Of a stretch of 64,000 bases of DNA, positions 1 through 10,100 are shown piece by piece. This stretch comes from an uncultured virus (IMG/VR IMGVR_UViG_3300025313_000005) (lineage: Duplodnaviria > Heunggongvirae > Uroviricota > Caudoviricetes). The DNA is taken from the IMG/VR virus record IMGVR_UViG_3300025313_000005. The stretch is one strand, 5' to 3'. The notes below the pieces were generated by a model. That model saw only the letters and a list, made by a program, of their open reading frames with translations, was not told the origin of the DNA and searched no databases. Each line of letters begins with the position of its first letter. Position 1 is the first letter of the stretch. Made by a program: the position numbers and the translations under genes.

Positions 1-2
1 CA

Positions 3-3000
3 GAATTAACATCTCTTGTAGCACATCCATTTGTAGATCAATCCGTAGGCTTAAGCAGGGATGAACTAGAAGAGTATTACGAGAAAGGTAGGGAACCTGT
101 ACGTAAGGGTAGATGGTGGGCAGCTATGTCGCCTGAGCTCTTCAGAGGTGGGAGAATAGAATCATATCAATCTCCATGGGTACGTAGAGCTCATGAACAT
201 CCAAGAGAGGCTTTCTTCCCTCCTAGTGAATATTATAAATATGCCAGTCTACCAACATTAGAAAATTTAGGAATACCACTACCTCATTATCTAGATCCTT
301 ATCACTGGGAAAAGAAGTTTTATGAATCTAGACCCACACCTCTTACTGCTCCATTAGTAGAATCAACAGCTTTCTATGGACCAATAGTTAATGCTACCAT
401 AGGACAACTTATTAAACCCGTACGTCCTATGCATGTTAATGAACTTAAGGAGTATTTTAATACCCTTGCGGAACAAAACGAAACTACTCGTAAGGTTAGG
501 GATGAGGACTTATATGGGTATGTAACCCCTGGTGGTCAGGTACAAGTTACACAATTACAACCAACACCTACGGGAGCAGGTCCAACAAAACCCATACCTA
601 CAACAAGCGGACACGTCACAGATCAATTAGCTGACATCAATCTAAATATACGTCAAGCTGGTGCAAGAGCAGTGGCACCCATACCCGAACAACAAGGAAC
701 TACTCCTAGATATGTATCCAGAGAACGTGTTTTAGATGCTCTAGCGCAAGCTAATGAAGGCACACGTTCAGGTAGGGTATTAGATGAGGGAGTACTTGAG
801 AACCTAAGACCCCTATCTGAAGTCACAGATATTAATCAATTAACACCAGATATTATAGATCAACTAATTCATCCCGCAGGGATAGGTGTACAGTTTGCTA
901 GAGAACAGGAGTCTATAGCGGATATATTTGGTCTTCGTGGATACATAGGTAAGACCTTAGTTGGCAATAAGACATTAGAGCAATATAGATTGGCTCAACC
1001 AGAATACACTTCATTAGAGCGTTATCTTTATCGAGATCTAAACATAGGTGGTTTCTCTCCTGATTTACCTGTAATGGGAGAGCTTTCTGAAATATTTAGA
1101 CGAGCACTTAGTAGGCGAGGATATGAAGAACGTGCCAAGGAAATTAATCCACTACTAAATACACAACCAAGCTGGCTACCTGGAACTGGTAGTATTGAGC
1201 CAGATTACTTTATCAACTTCCATCGAGCGGATCCTTATTCAGCCCTGCCAAGGGGTGAGGCTAGGTTACCTGGACCAGGATATGCTTCTATCCATGGATT
1301 GCCTCAAGATATATCAATGGAACAATATCCTCTTATGGATAGGTTAGAGATATTAGCTGATGTTGCTCCATATTCTAAAACATTTAAGTCATATTTAGAT
1401 TATGCTACGCATGTATTAGAACCAACAGGATTACAAGGACAAGATAGAATAAACATAGAGAATGCAAGAACTAGGATAGCTGCTATACGTAAAGAAGTTG
1501 CAAAACGTAAGAAGCGTTATAATTTTGCACCATATAGATTTAGGTATGCTGGTGATGTTGAAGAACATACATTAACTGTTAAATCGATTATAGATTCACA
1601 AACAATACTTACAGAAGAATTAGCTAATCCCATTAGATTAGCGGGAATACGTGCGGCTATAGGTAAGGACAAGGAAGGATTACAGGCGTTAGAGATTACT
1701 CAACAGTTTGCTCCAATAGGCGGTAAGATAAAAGTAATACTTAATAAAGATCCGCTTATTCAAGTAGCAGACGATACACTACAAACTATGCATGCTGTTG
1801 TATTTGACGAGCAAGGTAGAAAATTACAGCAAGCCCTATTGGATGCAGGAGTAGCTAAGGAGAAGGTAACCGACTACTCACCAACAGGCATACAAGCCAG
1901 ATTTAGTGGAATGGAAATAGGTCTAGGTAAATCACTTGAGTGGTTTTCGCATATGACCATACCCATACCAATTGTGGGTACAATTAAGCAAAAATTTCTA
2001 CAGACAGATTCAGCGCTAGAATACTATAGAAGACGAATGGTATATGGTGCTAACTTCTATAACTGGACAAATCCATTAGGTATTATAGGTCAAGCAATAC
2101 AAGGCTGGGCAGCAGAAAGTCCTATACATGGATTAATAGGCGGAGCTACTTTGGGTTTATTCTTAGGACGTACAGGTCCCGTTGCTGCCAAGTACTTGGA
2201 GCAAAGAACGCTCTCTACATTAGAGCGGTGGTATGTACGCATGGGTAGGTCTAAGGGTGTATTAGGTGCTATCGGAGGTATAGCTGGGTTATCGTATAGC
2301 TTATATCTTAAGGCTACTCACGCCATACCTGGTAAACTACAACATAGAAGAGATACGGAAGAATACTTTGATATACTTAGATATATGAAATATCAGAGAT
2401 TATATGGAGCTGCCATAAGTAATATTAAAGATACCACAGGAATAGATGTAGATAGATTACTTAACTTATTAGAAGGACAGGGTGAAGCTCGTAAGAATGA
2501 GCAACGTAGACTAACCTCTCATAAACGACATTTTCTTAGGCGTGGACTCCATGGTTCTCATCTATTAGAGCTTCTTAAAACAGAACGAGAACTTCAACAA
2601 CTAACAGCTAAGTCAGAAAAAACTAAAGAAGATAAACATCATATTAAACAGTTGCGGAAAATCCGCAAGCGTATAGCCAGTAAAGATAAGCACTTGAGAG
2701 AACACATATCACGTAAATACACTAAACGCTTAGGCGATCTTAGTAAAGAAACACAAGTTATACCTCTAACAGAAGAGATAGCTAGAGCGATACAGTATAG
2801 AGATCTAGCTAAGACAACTCTATATGGTGTAGATCCTCATGGCGCAATGCTGGATATATTTAGAGCTATTCCTTCTCGTGAACGAGAGTTCATGGTTGAA
2901 TTCATGAAAGCTCCTCCCAAGGAACGGTCAGAAATACTCAACTTAGTACCTCACAATATGCGACGAGTACTTGAGGCTAAGTGGAGGATGCCCATAGAGG

Positions 3001-3398
3001 ATCGCCCAGATTTAGAAGAGTACTTCAAAAATCATTTTCTACCTCCCCCAGACTGGCATGGTTGGAGTCCTGATGCTAATCTAGAAGACTATAAGATAAA
3101 GGTTATGAAGAATGAAGGATTAGATATGGCAGAGATGGGATATTATGGTCCTCGTGTAGAAGCAGCAGAGCGACAAGGCGTACTTGATATACAACCCTTT
3201 GTTCCTAGAGACGGCGGACATTTAAAAGATTACTTACATCACATACTTGGAGGGCAGGGTTTAGAAAATCTATTTATTACCGTAGAAGATACACCCAGTG
3301 AAAATCCAGATATACAAATAGATATGAGAGTTAAGCACGAACGAGAAGATCAAATACGTGAGTTCATCCGCAAAGATGGACATATGTTACTTAGGTAG
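3..3398 (+). CDS. Giant virion protein (tape-measure/ejection-like), 5'-truncated by the window; contains a degenerate staphylococcal-nuclease (SNase) OB-fold domain at about 1569-1865
   Basis: Frame is open from position 3 (ELTSLVAHPF...GREPVRKGRWW) through the listed ATG at 126. SNase-like pattern TVKSIIDSQTI...PIRLAGI...AVVFDEQGRKLQQALLDAGVA. Gly-rich hydrophobic segments (GLIGGATLGLFLG; GVLGAIGGIAGLSYSL). Lies upstream of baseplate genes. Confidence 0.6.
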   Translation, partial: ELTSLVAHPFVDQSVGLSRDELEEYYEKGREPVRKGRWWAAMSPELFRGGRIESYQSPWVRRAHEHPREAFFPPSEYYKYASLPTLENLGIPLPHYLDPYHWEKKFYESRPTPLTAPLVESTAFYGPIVNATIGQLIKPVRPMHVNELKEYFNTLAEQNETTRKVRDEDLYGYVTPGGQVQVTQLQPTPTGAGPTKPIPTTSGHVTDQLADINLNIRQAGARAVAPIPEQQGTTPRYVSRERVLDALAQANEGTRSGRVLDEGVLENLRPLSEVTDINQLTPDIIDQLIHPAGIGVQFAREQESIADIFGLRGYIGKTLVGNKTLEQYRLAQPEYTSLERYLYRDLNIGGFSPDLPVMGELSEIFRRALSRRGYEERAKEINPLLNTQPSWLPGTGSIEPDYFINFHRADPYSALPRGEARLPGPGYASIHGLPQDISMEQYPLMDRLEILADVAPYSKTFKSYLDYATHVLEPTGLQGQDRINIENARTRIAAIRKEVAKRKKRYNFAPYRFRYAGDVEEHTLTVKSIIDSQTILTEELANPIRLAGIRAAIGKDKEGLQALEITQQFAPIGGKIKVILNKDPLIQVADDTLQTMHAVVFDEQGRKLQQALLDAGVAKEKVTDYSPTGIQARFSGMEIGLGKSLEWFSHMTIPIPIVGTIKQKFLQTDSALEYYRRRMVYGANFYNWTNPLGIIGQAIQGWAAESPIHGLIGGATLGLFLGRTGPVAAKYLEQRTLSTLERWYVRMGRSKGVLGAIGGIAGLSYSLYLKATHAIPGKLQHRRDTEEYFDILRYMKYQRLYGAAISNIKDTTGIDVDRLLNLLEGQGEARKNEQRRLTSHKRHFLRRGLHGSHLLELLKTERELQQLTAKSEKTKEDKHHIKQLRKIRKRIASKDKHLREHISRKYTKRLGDLSKETQVIPLTEEIARAIQYRDLAKTTLYGVDPHGAMLDIFRAIPSREREFMVEFMKAPPKERSEILNLVPHNMRRVLEAKWRMPIEDRPDLEEYFKNHFLPPPDWHGWSPDANLEDYKIKVMKNEGLDMAEMGYYGPRVEAAERQGVLDIQPFVPRDGGHLKDYLHHILGGQGLENLFITVEDTPSENPDIQIDMRVKHEREDQIREFIRKDGHMLLR

Positions 3399-3414
3399 GA
3401 GTTAGTTAAATAAA

Positions 3415-6400
3415 ATGGCATTTGGACCCTTTCCAATTAATCACGGAGAAGAGAGCGCAAGAGAATCTCTTCACATAGCTAGGTCAGTTAGTAATCCTGC
3501 GTGGAGCGAGCATCTTCACAACCAAACCACTAGATCTAGTAATCTTATACTAGATCCATTTACAGGAGAGAATATTCTTATTGCTCCTCTTACTAATCAG
3601 ACCTACACAACACACAAAGAAATCCAACGAGCACTATCTACCTCATTAAGCACACCATCCTATTTTGGACAGTATCTCCATACACCACATAATGTAAGCA
3701 TTAGATCTAAGATCAGTAAAATGATTAGTTTGGGTCATATAGGTGGTACAGGTGGTCCACAATTACCAACTATTAGATTTACCGCTTCTGCTTATCACGA
3801 AGGATTAACTGGTCTTCCTGTAAAGACATCACTACCAACTATTATACCTCCTTCTGGTTCTTGGCAAACACAGCTAGAAAACATGACTAGAACTGAAAAA
3901 TGGAAGCTATGGCAAGACGTAACAGGTGCAATGCCTAGTGGAGGATATACACTAGATCAAATTAAACAACTTCAGGCAAATCTTTTTCACCGAGAATTAT
4001 CTGTTCAGGAATTCTTGCAAGCATATCAACAAATAGAAAAGACATCTACCAAAGATGTAGTCATAAAAACTAAGCAATTACTTAAGGCTTCTTTTGGTGC
4101 TAATATATCCTTACCTAATACTATCAAAGATATATATACTATGGAACAACATATCTTTGAGAAAATCTTACCCTCTTTTGGAGAAGAAGTACAGGAAACT
4201 CTTAAGGGGTACCGTACAGTAGTGACTGGTTCTAGTAAGGCGCGTATGGCCTGGGAGATACACGAGCGTCCTCTTAAGATGATGGGTTCGTGGTTAGCTC
4301 AGTTTACATCTTCTCCTAAGGTAGATCGTAACTTATTGGCTCAAACAAGTAATATAATAGAAGCTGGTGCAAAAAGAGATTTAACACAAGAATTGGCTTC
4401 TGCTAATGTGATGTCTCGTGAAAAGATGGAGGCAATGGATGTCTTACGACCCCTTTCTCAACGAGAAAGGGAAATACAATCTGGTATGGGAACAGTTTTT
4501 CAGTTTAGTCCTAAGTCCATATCTCCTCTTGCAGAAACAGCCCTACCCACACAACTATCAGAAGCTGATGTATTTGGAACAGCATTCGAGTCCTACATGC
4601 GTCAGACACACCCACAAGCAATATATTCCTATCAGAAATTTAGACACTCTGAAGACATATTAAAACTAGTTAAGGGTCATACTGCTGAGGTTGCGGAGTT
4701 TGATGAATTTCGTAAAGTAATACAGAAAATTGCAACTCGTGCTGCTACGCAAGCACCAGGATATAGATCTAAAGCATATCTCAAGCTAGCAAAATCTACT
4801 ACATTAGATTTTGCTCAACAAATGGCAGCATGGCAGGATTATATAAGATCTGGTATGTCAGAAATAGAAACAGTATCTGAGTTTGGTGCTAAAGCATCGC
4901 AAGCATCTAAAGAGTTAGCCAACATAGAGCAACTAATACAACAACATCGCGAAGCTGGTGAGCTATATGGCACACCTAAAATGCAAGCTCTTTTTGAACA
5001 GCGTGAAGATATAGCTAAGCAATTTGTAGGGCATGAGAGAATATTAGCTAGTGGTAAATCACCCAAAGACATTGTAAATTTACCCAGTCAACCTACAAAC
5101 CCTCTTGAATCCTATGCTAAACCTTTTGTTGGGCCAATGCCTCAACAAGTATTACAGCCTAAGTCAGTTCAATACAAGCGTATTACTACAGCTAAGGGGT
5201 TACAAGAATTCCTTAAGAGTCTACCATCATCTGGTCATATTGCATTAGATACAGAAACAACAGCATTTTCTGAAGCAATAGAGAGAGTTAGATTGCTTCA
5301 GCTTTCAGCTGAGGGCGGACCTGTTGGTATTGTAGATCTCCTTAAACTACCTAAAAAGGGTAGATCTATTTTAACTGAGTTCCTCGCTAGTTCTAGACCT
5401 AAAATAATACAAAATGCTCCATTTGATATCAAAGCTTTATTAGGCGAAGGATATAAAATCGGTGGGCAGATATACGATCCTATGGTGGCAGAGCAGGTTC
5501 TTAGTCAAACTAAGTATGGTAAATCTAACCTAGGATATCTTGCGTCTAAATATTTAAACATTTCCTTGCCTAAAGAAGCACAAAAATCTAAGTGGGGTGG
5601 TAGGCTATCAAAACAACGATACCAGTATGCAGCCAGAGACGTAGCCGTACTACATGATATAATGAGTGCTCAGTCTGCAGCATTTGAACAGGTGGGTATA
5701 GAGCAATACAATATAGCTGCGAAGCAGATGACTAGTATACAGCAAAGAGCTAGAGAAAAGTTTATTACAACAACACATCTAAAATCTACAATAAAATCCA
5801 CAACACCAATAATACCAACACCAACAGTAGCACCATCAGCACGACGAACAGCACCATCAACAGCATTACCAACAGCATTATCAACAGCACTACGAACAGC
5901 ATTACCAACAGCACCATCAACAGCACCAATAATACCAACAACACCAATAACAACAACACCAATAACAGCAATACCAACAGGTCCTCAAGCTACTGCAATA
6001 CCTTCACCGTCTAGAGCCCAGAATATTATGGACGTTCTTACGAGTGAGCCAGGTCGTAGAAAGATCTTATCGGCAGGTGCTTCACTTGAAGCAGGTCCAT
6101 GGGCAGCCATACCTGAGAAGTCTGCAGAACTTATGCGCCAGAATCAAGAGAAGCTATATGCTCTTAGTCGTGGAGTAGGATACTATGCTAAAGTAAAACC
6201 CCTTGGGGAAACTGGAGGTATGCATGAGTTAATCCTACAGTCTATGGAAACCCACGGAGCTAAGTTTAAAATGGTAGGTACAGCAGAAGAGCTAAATGAG
6301 AAACTGCGTTCTGCTCAAGCCCAGGCATTTGTAGAAGGTATAGCTCCTGAATCAGCTATAGAAGAAGTTAAAGCAAAAACTATTATTAGTGAAGCAGATT

Positions 6401-7143
6401 TATGGAGACGTAGATTAGATAGAGGTATTCAGCATGGCGCAGAACAAGGTGTAATAGAAAGCCACTATCAACAAACAAGTTCTCTAATAGGTAATCTAAC
6501 AGAACAATACGCTCATCTACCTATGTCAGAAAGATTACGCCAGATACGTTCTGGAGCTAAGCTACAAGATCTTATGGGTAGCTTCACTGCTGCAGCTGAT
6601 ATCACAGAAGAAGTTGCTGGTAGTGTAGGGGCTCATGCAGCCTCTGGAGTAGCTGAGGCTGCTGAAACAATTCGTCCTAAGCCAGGAAAAGCTATTGATA
6701 TGATAGAGAATGCTTTTATGCGCTTACCTCGTTCCGCGCGATGGGGATTAGGTGGTTTAGCTACAGCTGTCGTAGGTGCGGGATTACTTTCTTCTTCACT
6801 ACAACTAGGTCAACGTGAACTCAAACCAGATATGATAGCACCTGGTCCAGACATGACACCTATGCCCGATGGTTCTTACACACCTCCAGCTAGTCCATCA
6901 GTAGGTGGCACAACACGTATTATGGATGAGACAGTACCAGGTAAGGGAGGTAATGCGTATAAAGTGCGCATTAGGGCCCGCGACAGAGGAGATATAGACC
7001 CCGATCAACTACATCAATTGGTTGGTCAATCACTATCTCAAGTTCAAATGCCAACCAATATTCATATCACATCACAAGATCACCGCAAGAAAATCAAAGA
7101 AACAGTTGAAGATGAATTACTACATCTACTTCATAAAAGGTAA
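3415..7143 (+). CDS. Large virion/ejection-like protein with an internal PolA/RNase D-type DEDDy 3'-5' exonuclease domain, a Pro/Thr/Ala-rich linker and a C-terminal hydrophobic segment
   Basis: ExoI IALDTETT (D at 5248, E at 5254), RVRLLQL, ExoII QNAPFD (D at 5425), ExoIII YAARD (5626-5640). No polymerase domain. Hydrophobic WGLGGLATAVVGAGLL near the C-terminus. Confidence 0.7.
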   Translation: MAFGPFPINHGEESARESLHIARSVSNPAWSEHLHNQTTRSSNLILDPFTGENILIAPLTNQTYTTHKEIQRALSTSLSTPSYFGQYLHTPHNVSIRSKISKMISLGHIGGTGGPQLPTIRFTASAYHEGLTGLPVKTSLPTIIPPSGSWQTQLENMTRTEKWKLWQDVTGAMPSGGYTLDQIKQLQANLFHRELSVQEFLQAYQQIEKTSTKDVVIKTKQLLKASFGANISLPNTIKDIYTMEQHIFEKILPSFGEEVQETLKGYRTVVTGSSKARMAWEIHERPLKMMGSWLAQFTSSPKVDRNLLAQTSNIIEAGAKRDLTQELASANVMSREKMEAMDVLRPLSQREREIQSGMGTVFQFSPKSISPLAETALPTQLSEADVFGTAFESYMRQTHPQAIYSYQKFRHSEDILKLVKGHTAEVAEFDEFRKVIQKIATRAATQAPGYRSKAYLKLAKSTTLDFAQQMAAWQDYIRSGMSEIETVSEFGAKASQASKELANIEQLIQQHREAGELYGTPKMQALFEQREDIAKQFVGHERILASGKSPKDIVNLPSQPTNPLESYAKPFVGPMPQQVLQPKSVQYKRITTAKGLQEFLKSLPSSGHIALDTETTAFSEAIERVRLLQLSAEGGPVGIVDLLKLPKKGRSILTEFLASSRPKIIQNAPFDIKALLGEGYKIGGQIYDPMVAEQVLSQTKYGKSNLGYLASKYLNISLPKEAQKSKWGGRLSKQRYQYAARDVAVLHDIMSAQSAAFEQVGIEQYNIAAKQMTSIQQRAREKFITTTHLKSTIKSTTPIIPTPTVAPSARRTAPSTALPTALSTALRTALPTAPSTAPIIPTTPITTTPITAIPTGPQATAIPSPSRAQNIMDVLTSEPGRRKILSAGASLEAGPWAAIPEKSAELMRQNQEKLYALSRGVGYYAKVKPLGETGGMHELILQSMETHGAKFKMVGTAEELNEKLRSAQAQAFVEGIAPESAIEEVKAKTIISEADLWRRRLDRGIQHGAEQGVIESHYQQTSSLIGNLTEQYAHLPMSERLRQIRSGAKLQDLMGSFTAAADITEEVAGSVGAHAASGVAEAAETIRPKPGKAIDMIENAFMRLPRSARWGLGGLATAVVGAGLLSSSLQLGQRELKPDMIAPGPDMTPMPDGSYTPPASPSVGGTTRIMDETVPGKGGNAYKVRIRARDRGDIDPDQLHQLVGQSLSQVQMPTNIHITSQDHRKKIKETVEDELLHLLHKR
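5788..5980 (+). repeat. Coding low-complexity repeat with a core of 12-bp ACAGCANNANNA units (TAPS/TALP/TALS/TALR) flanked by PIIPT/TTPIT units
   Basis: Seen directly: acagcaccatca acagcattacca acagcattatca acagcactacga acagcattacca acagcaccatca. Almost every codon ends in A. Confidence 0.9.
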
Positions 7144-7145
7144 AT

Positions 7146-10100
7146 ATGTCTAGAGATACTAATCCTAACGAAGCATCTAAATTACTTACCAGTCAAGATC
7201 GTAAGGATCTTCTTAAGATAATTGATAGTGGTAATGCTCTTATTACTATCCTTCCAGAACTTAGAAAACAAAATCCCAATCAAGAACTGGTTCGCAAAGC
7301 ACGACAATATGTATCTGATATAGTTGATGGCGAAAGCAACTTATCTCTTACTCGCGATCAATTCTTCTCCCCAGTTATATTACCCCTCTTTAGACAAGAA
7401 GCTATGGGTGCTGTGGGCTTTGTGAGTAAGTTAGTAGCCATGCCTGATAATGGTATTTCTACTGTTCAAAGTGCAATAACTAATGCAGAGAGACTTGGTG
7501 GTAAATTAATAGTTGCAGAAGCCAATCGAGAGTTTCGCCAAGAAGGTAAGGAAACATTAGGATTAAATATAGGTGGTTTTAGTGGAAATTACGAAGCTCT
7601 CTTTGAAAACAATGACTTTCCTGAGGCATTTGATTTTCCTGATAGAGAGGACCTACTGGGTGATCCTACTTATTTTAGATTAGGAGATAGTATATTTCAT
7701 ATACCACCAGAGAATATATCTGTCAATAAAGTATTTCAAACAACGGCTCTTAGTACGATTCGTACGCCTGGTGCACAACAACACTTTGCTGGTAGATCTG
7801 ATATTCGCATAGAGATAGAATTAACTTTTTCTAACCTTAATGAGATATTTGGTAATGCAAGTAATGTTAAAAAGATTAAAAGAGATAGTGGTGAAGAAGT
7901 AGTATTCGGAGATCCTAATTGTTTAGCTTCATTAGTAGCTCAATTCAGACAGACACCCTTCTTACCAGTGCTCAATAGTAAGCTAACCATAGATTATGAA
8001 ATAGATGCCATTACATTAATGAGTATGCAAATAGGCACCGTACCTGGATTACCTCAAGCATTAAAGGTGCGTTTATCTATGCTTGCTTTTAACTATAAAG
8101 TATATATGCCTCACGTACATTTTTTTACAGATGCATTTATATGGCCTGTATTTAGATGGCACTGGACAAACTATCACAAATCTATTACAGCTAATCTAAT
8201 TAAACATACCATAGATCCAGAAAGCAATGCATTTAAACATACACCACTAGGTACAAATCCCAATAATGCCAAATTAACTTCTTATTGGGACGATATAGCT
8301 AGTGGAGCAGAATTGCTTAAGTCACAGTGGAATAGTGAGATATCCTTTAGTCTAGTTGCAGAAGAGGCATTAGAGCAACGTAAGCGCATAGGTGCATTAC
8401 TTCGTGTACAAGAACTATCCCGTGCTAGAGAACAAGTCGCAGATCTAGAAGATGCACTAAAGAAATTAAGAACTCAATGGATAGAAAATGGTATCTCAGA
8501 TCATCTCTTAACCTTAAATACACAAGAACCTATTATTATCACGCAGATGAGCGTAACAATGGAAAATCAGATTACTCTTATGCGTATGCACGATCAAGAG
8601 ATTGCCCCTCACCAATTTATGGGTTCACAAGAAGATAGAATAGTTGTTACCTTAATTGCTAATAATGACAATAATCTCATAACAGACTTAGTAAACTTAT
8701 TTAAGAATGCTCAGAAATATGCTAGAGAATATCGCTTTGAAATAAACGATGGTTTTATGACCATAGATCATCCTATCTTAAAGTTATTAGGTATCAGATA
8801 TGTAGTACCACAAGTCATCCTTATGGATGACGTACAGGGTTTCCCTGGCTGGCGTCAGATTACTATGAGTTTCGCTTCTTTCAATCGCGCCGAAAGAGCA
8901 TTTAAAGATGTTAAACACGTATTTCAAAGCGACTTCTTTGCATCAGATGAATTTAAGAAGTACTTAGAAAACAATACCAATGTTGAAAGTGCTGGTCGTA
9001 GTATAGATAAAGAATTAATAGAGATGGCTTTAGAGAGTATGCAAACCTTGCAACTCTATCCAGATCTTCAATTACCTACTTTTAAAGAATTTAGTCAGGG
9101 ATTACTTGATATCATCAAACTAGTTCCTGAGTTTACAGAACAACGAGCTATCTTAGTTAGACATATTAAAGAAAATAATGGTTTGTATGTTGATCCTGAT
9201 TTCTATATGGCATGGCCACTATCTCAGGATAAAACTACATGGGTAGGATTACTTCAAGCACACATATTAGATGCTCTCAATGATGCTGAGATCGATGGTT
9301 TAGAAATGACCTATGCTTCTAACTTCTCGGTTAATCCTGATGGTACAAACGATAGGATGACAGCAAAAGCTATAGGTAGGCAGAAATACGGGAGTATAAT
9401 TACTCATCCGCATCATGATGGTTTACCTATGAATGAAATGGTTAACTCCATTATAGATACAACATCAATAGGAGTTAGTGAGAATGCTAGGCTAGTTCAA
9501 GAGACAGATGCTGAAGCTCGTAAGATACTAGAAGAAGCAAAAGCAAATGCAACCACTAAAGAAGAGCGAGAGCGTATAGATAAATTTGAGCAGCATATAT
9601 TTAATGCTAGGGCAGATGATCTTAAAGCTAAACTAGATGAAATAGAAAGATTTAATTCAGCAGCTTTAGGGCCACAACCAGTACCTCAAAGTATAACAGG
9701 TAAAATAGAAACATCTTTAGGTTTACCAGCATCAACTAAACCAACTCCTATTACACTAGTAGCTATAGAATCTAAAACCAATAATATATCTATACCATCA
9801 AGAGCTATAGATACTTATGCTAACAATTCGGTGCAAGATGAATTACAAATGTCAAAAATAAAAGATACTATTGTTTCTGCTGCTAAAGAAAATAATATAG
9901 ATCCAGTTGTACTAACAGAATTATTTAGAACAGAGAGTAATTTTCAGGCTCATGCTAAGAGCCCAACTGGATATGTGGGTATGGGTCAGCTAGGACCTGC
10001 CGCTGCATGTGATGCATCTAGAGCTCTAGGTGGTTTTCTTGGAGCTGAGGAGAAGGCTGCTTGTGATCCCAATATAATTAATACATTTAGTAATACGGGG

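Noticed and set aside
5786..5977. Reverse-strand Leu/Val-rich membrane-protein-like ORF
   Set aside because: It is the antisense reading of the NNA-codon Thr/Pro repeat.
3415..7143. DNA polymerase I call for the exonuclease-containing ORF
   Set aside because: Only the 3'-5' exonuclease motifs are present; no polymerase motifs A/B/C are visible.
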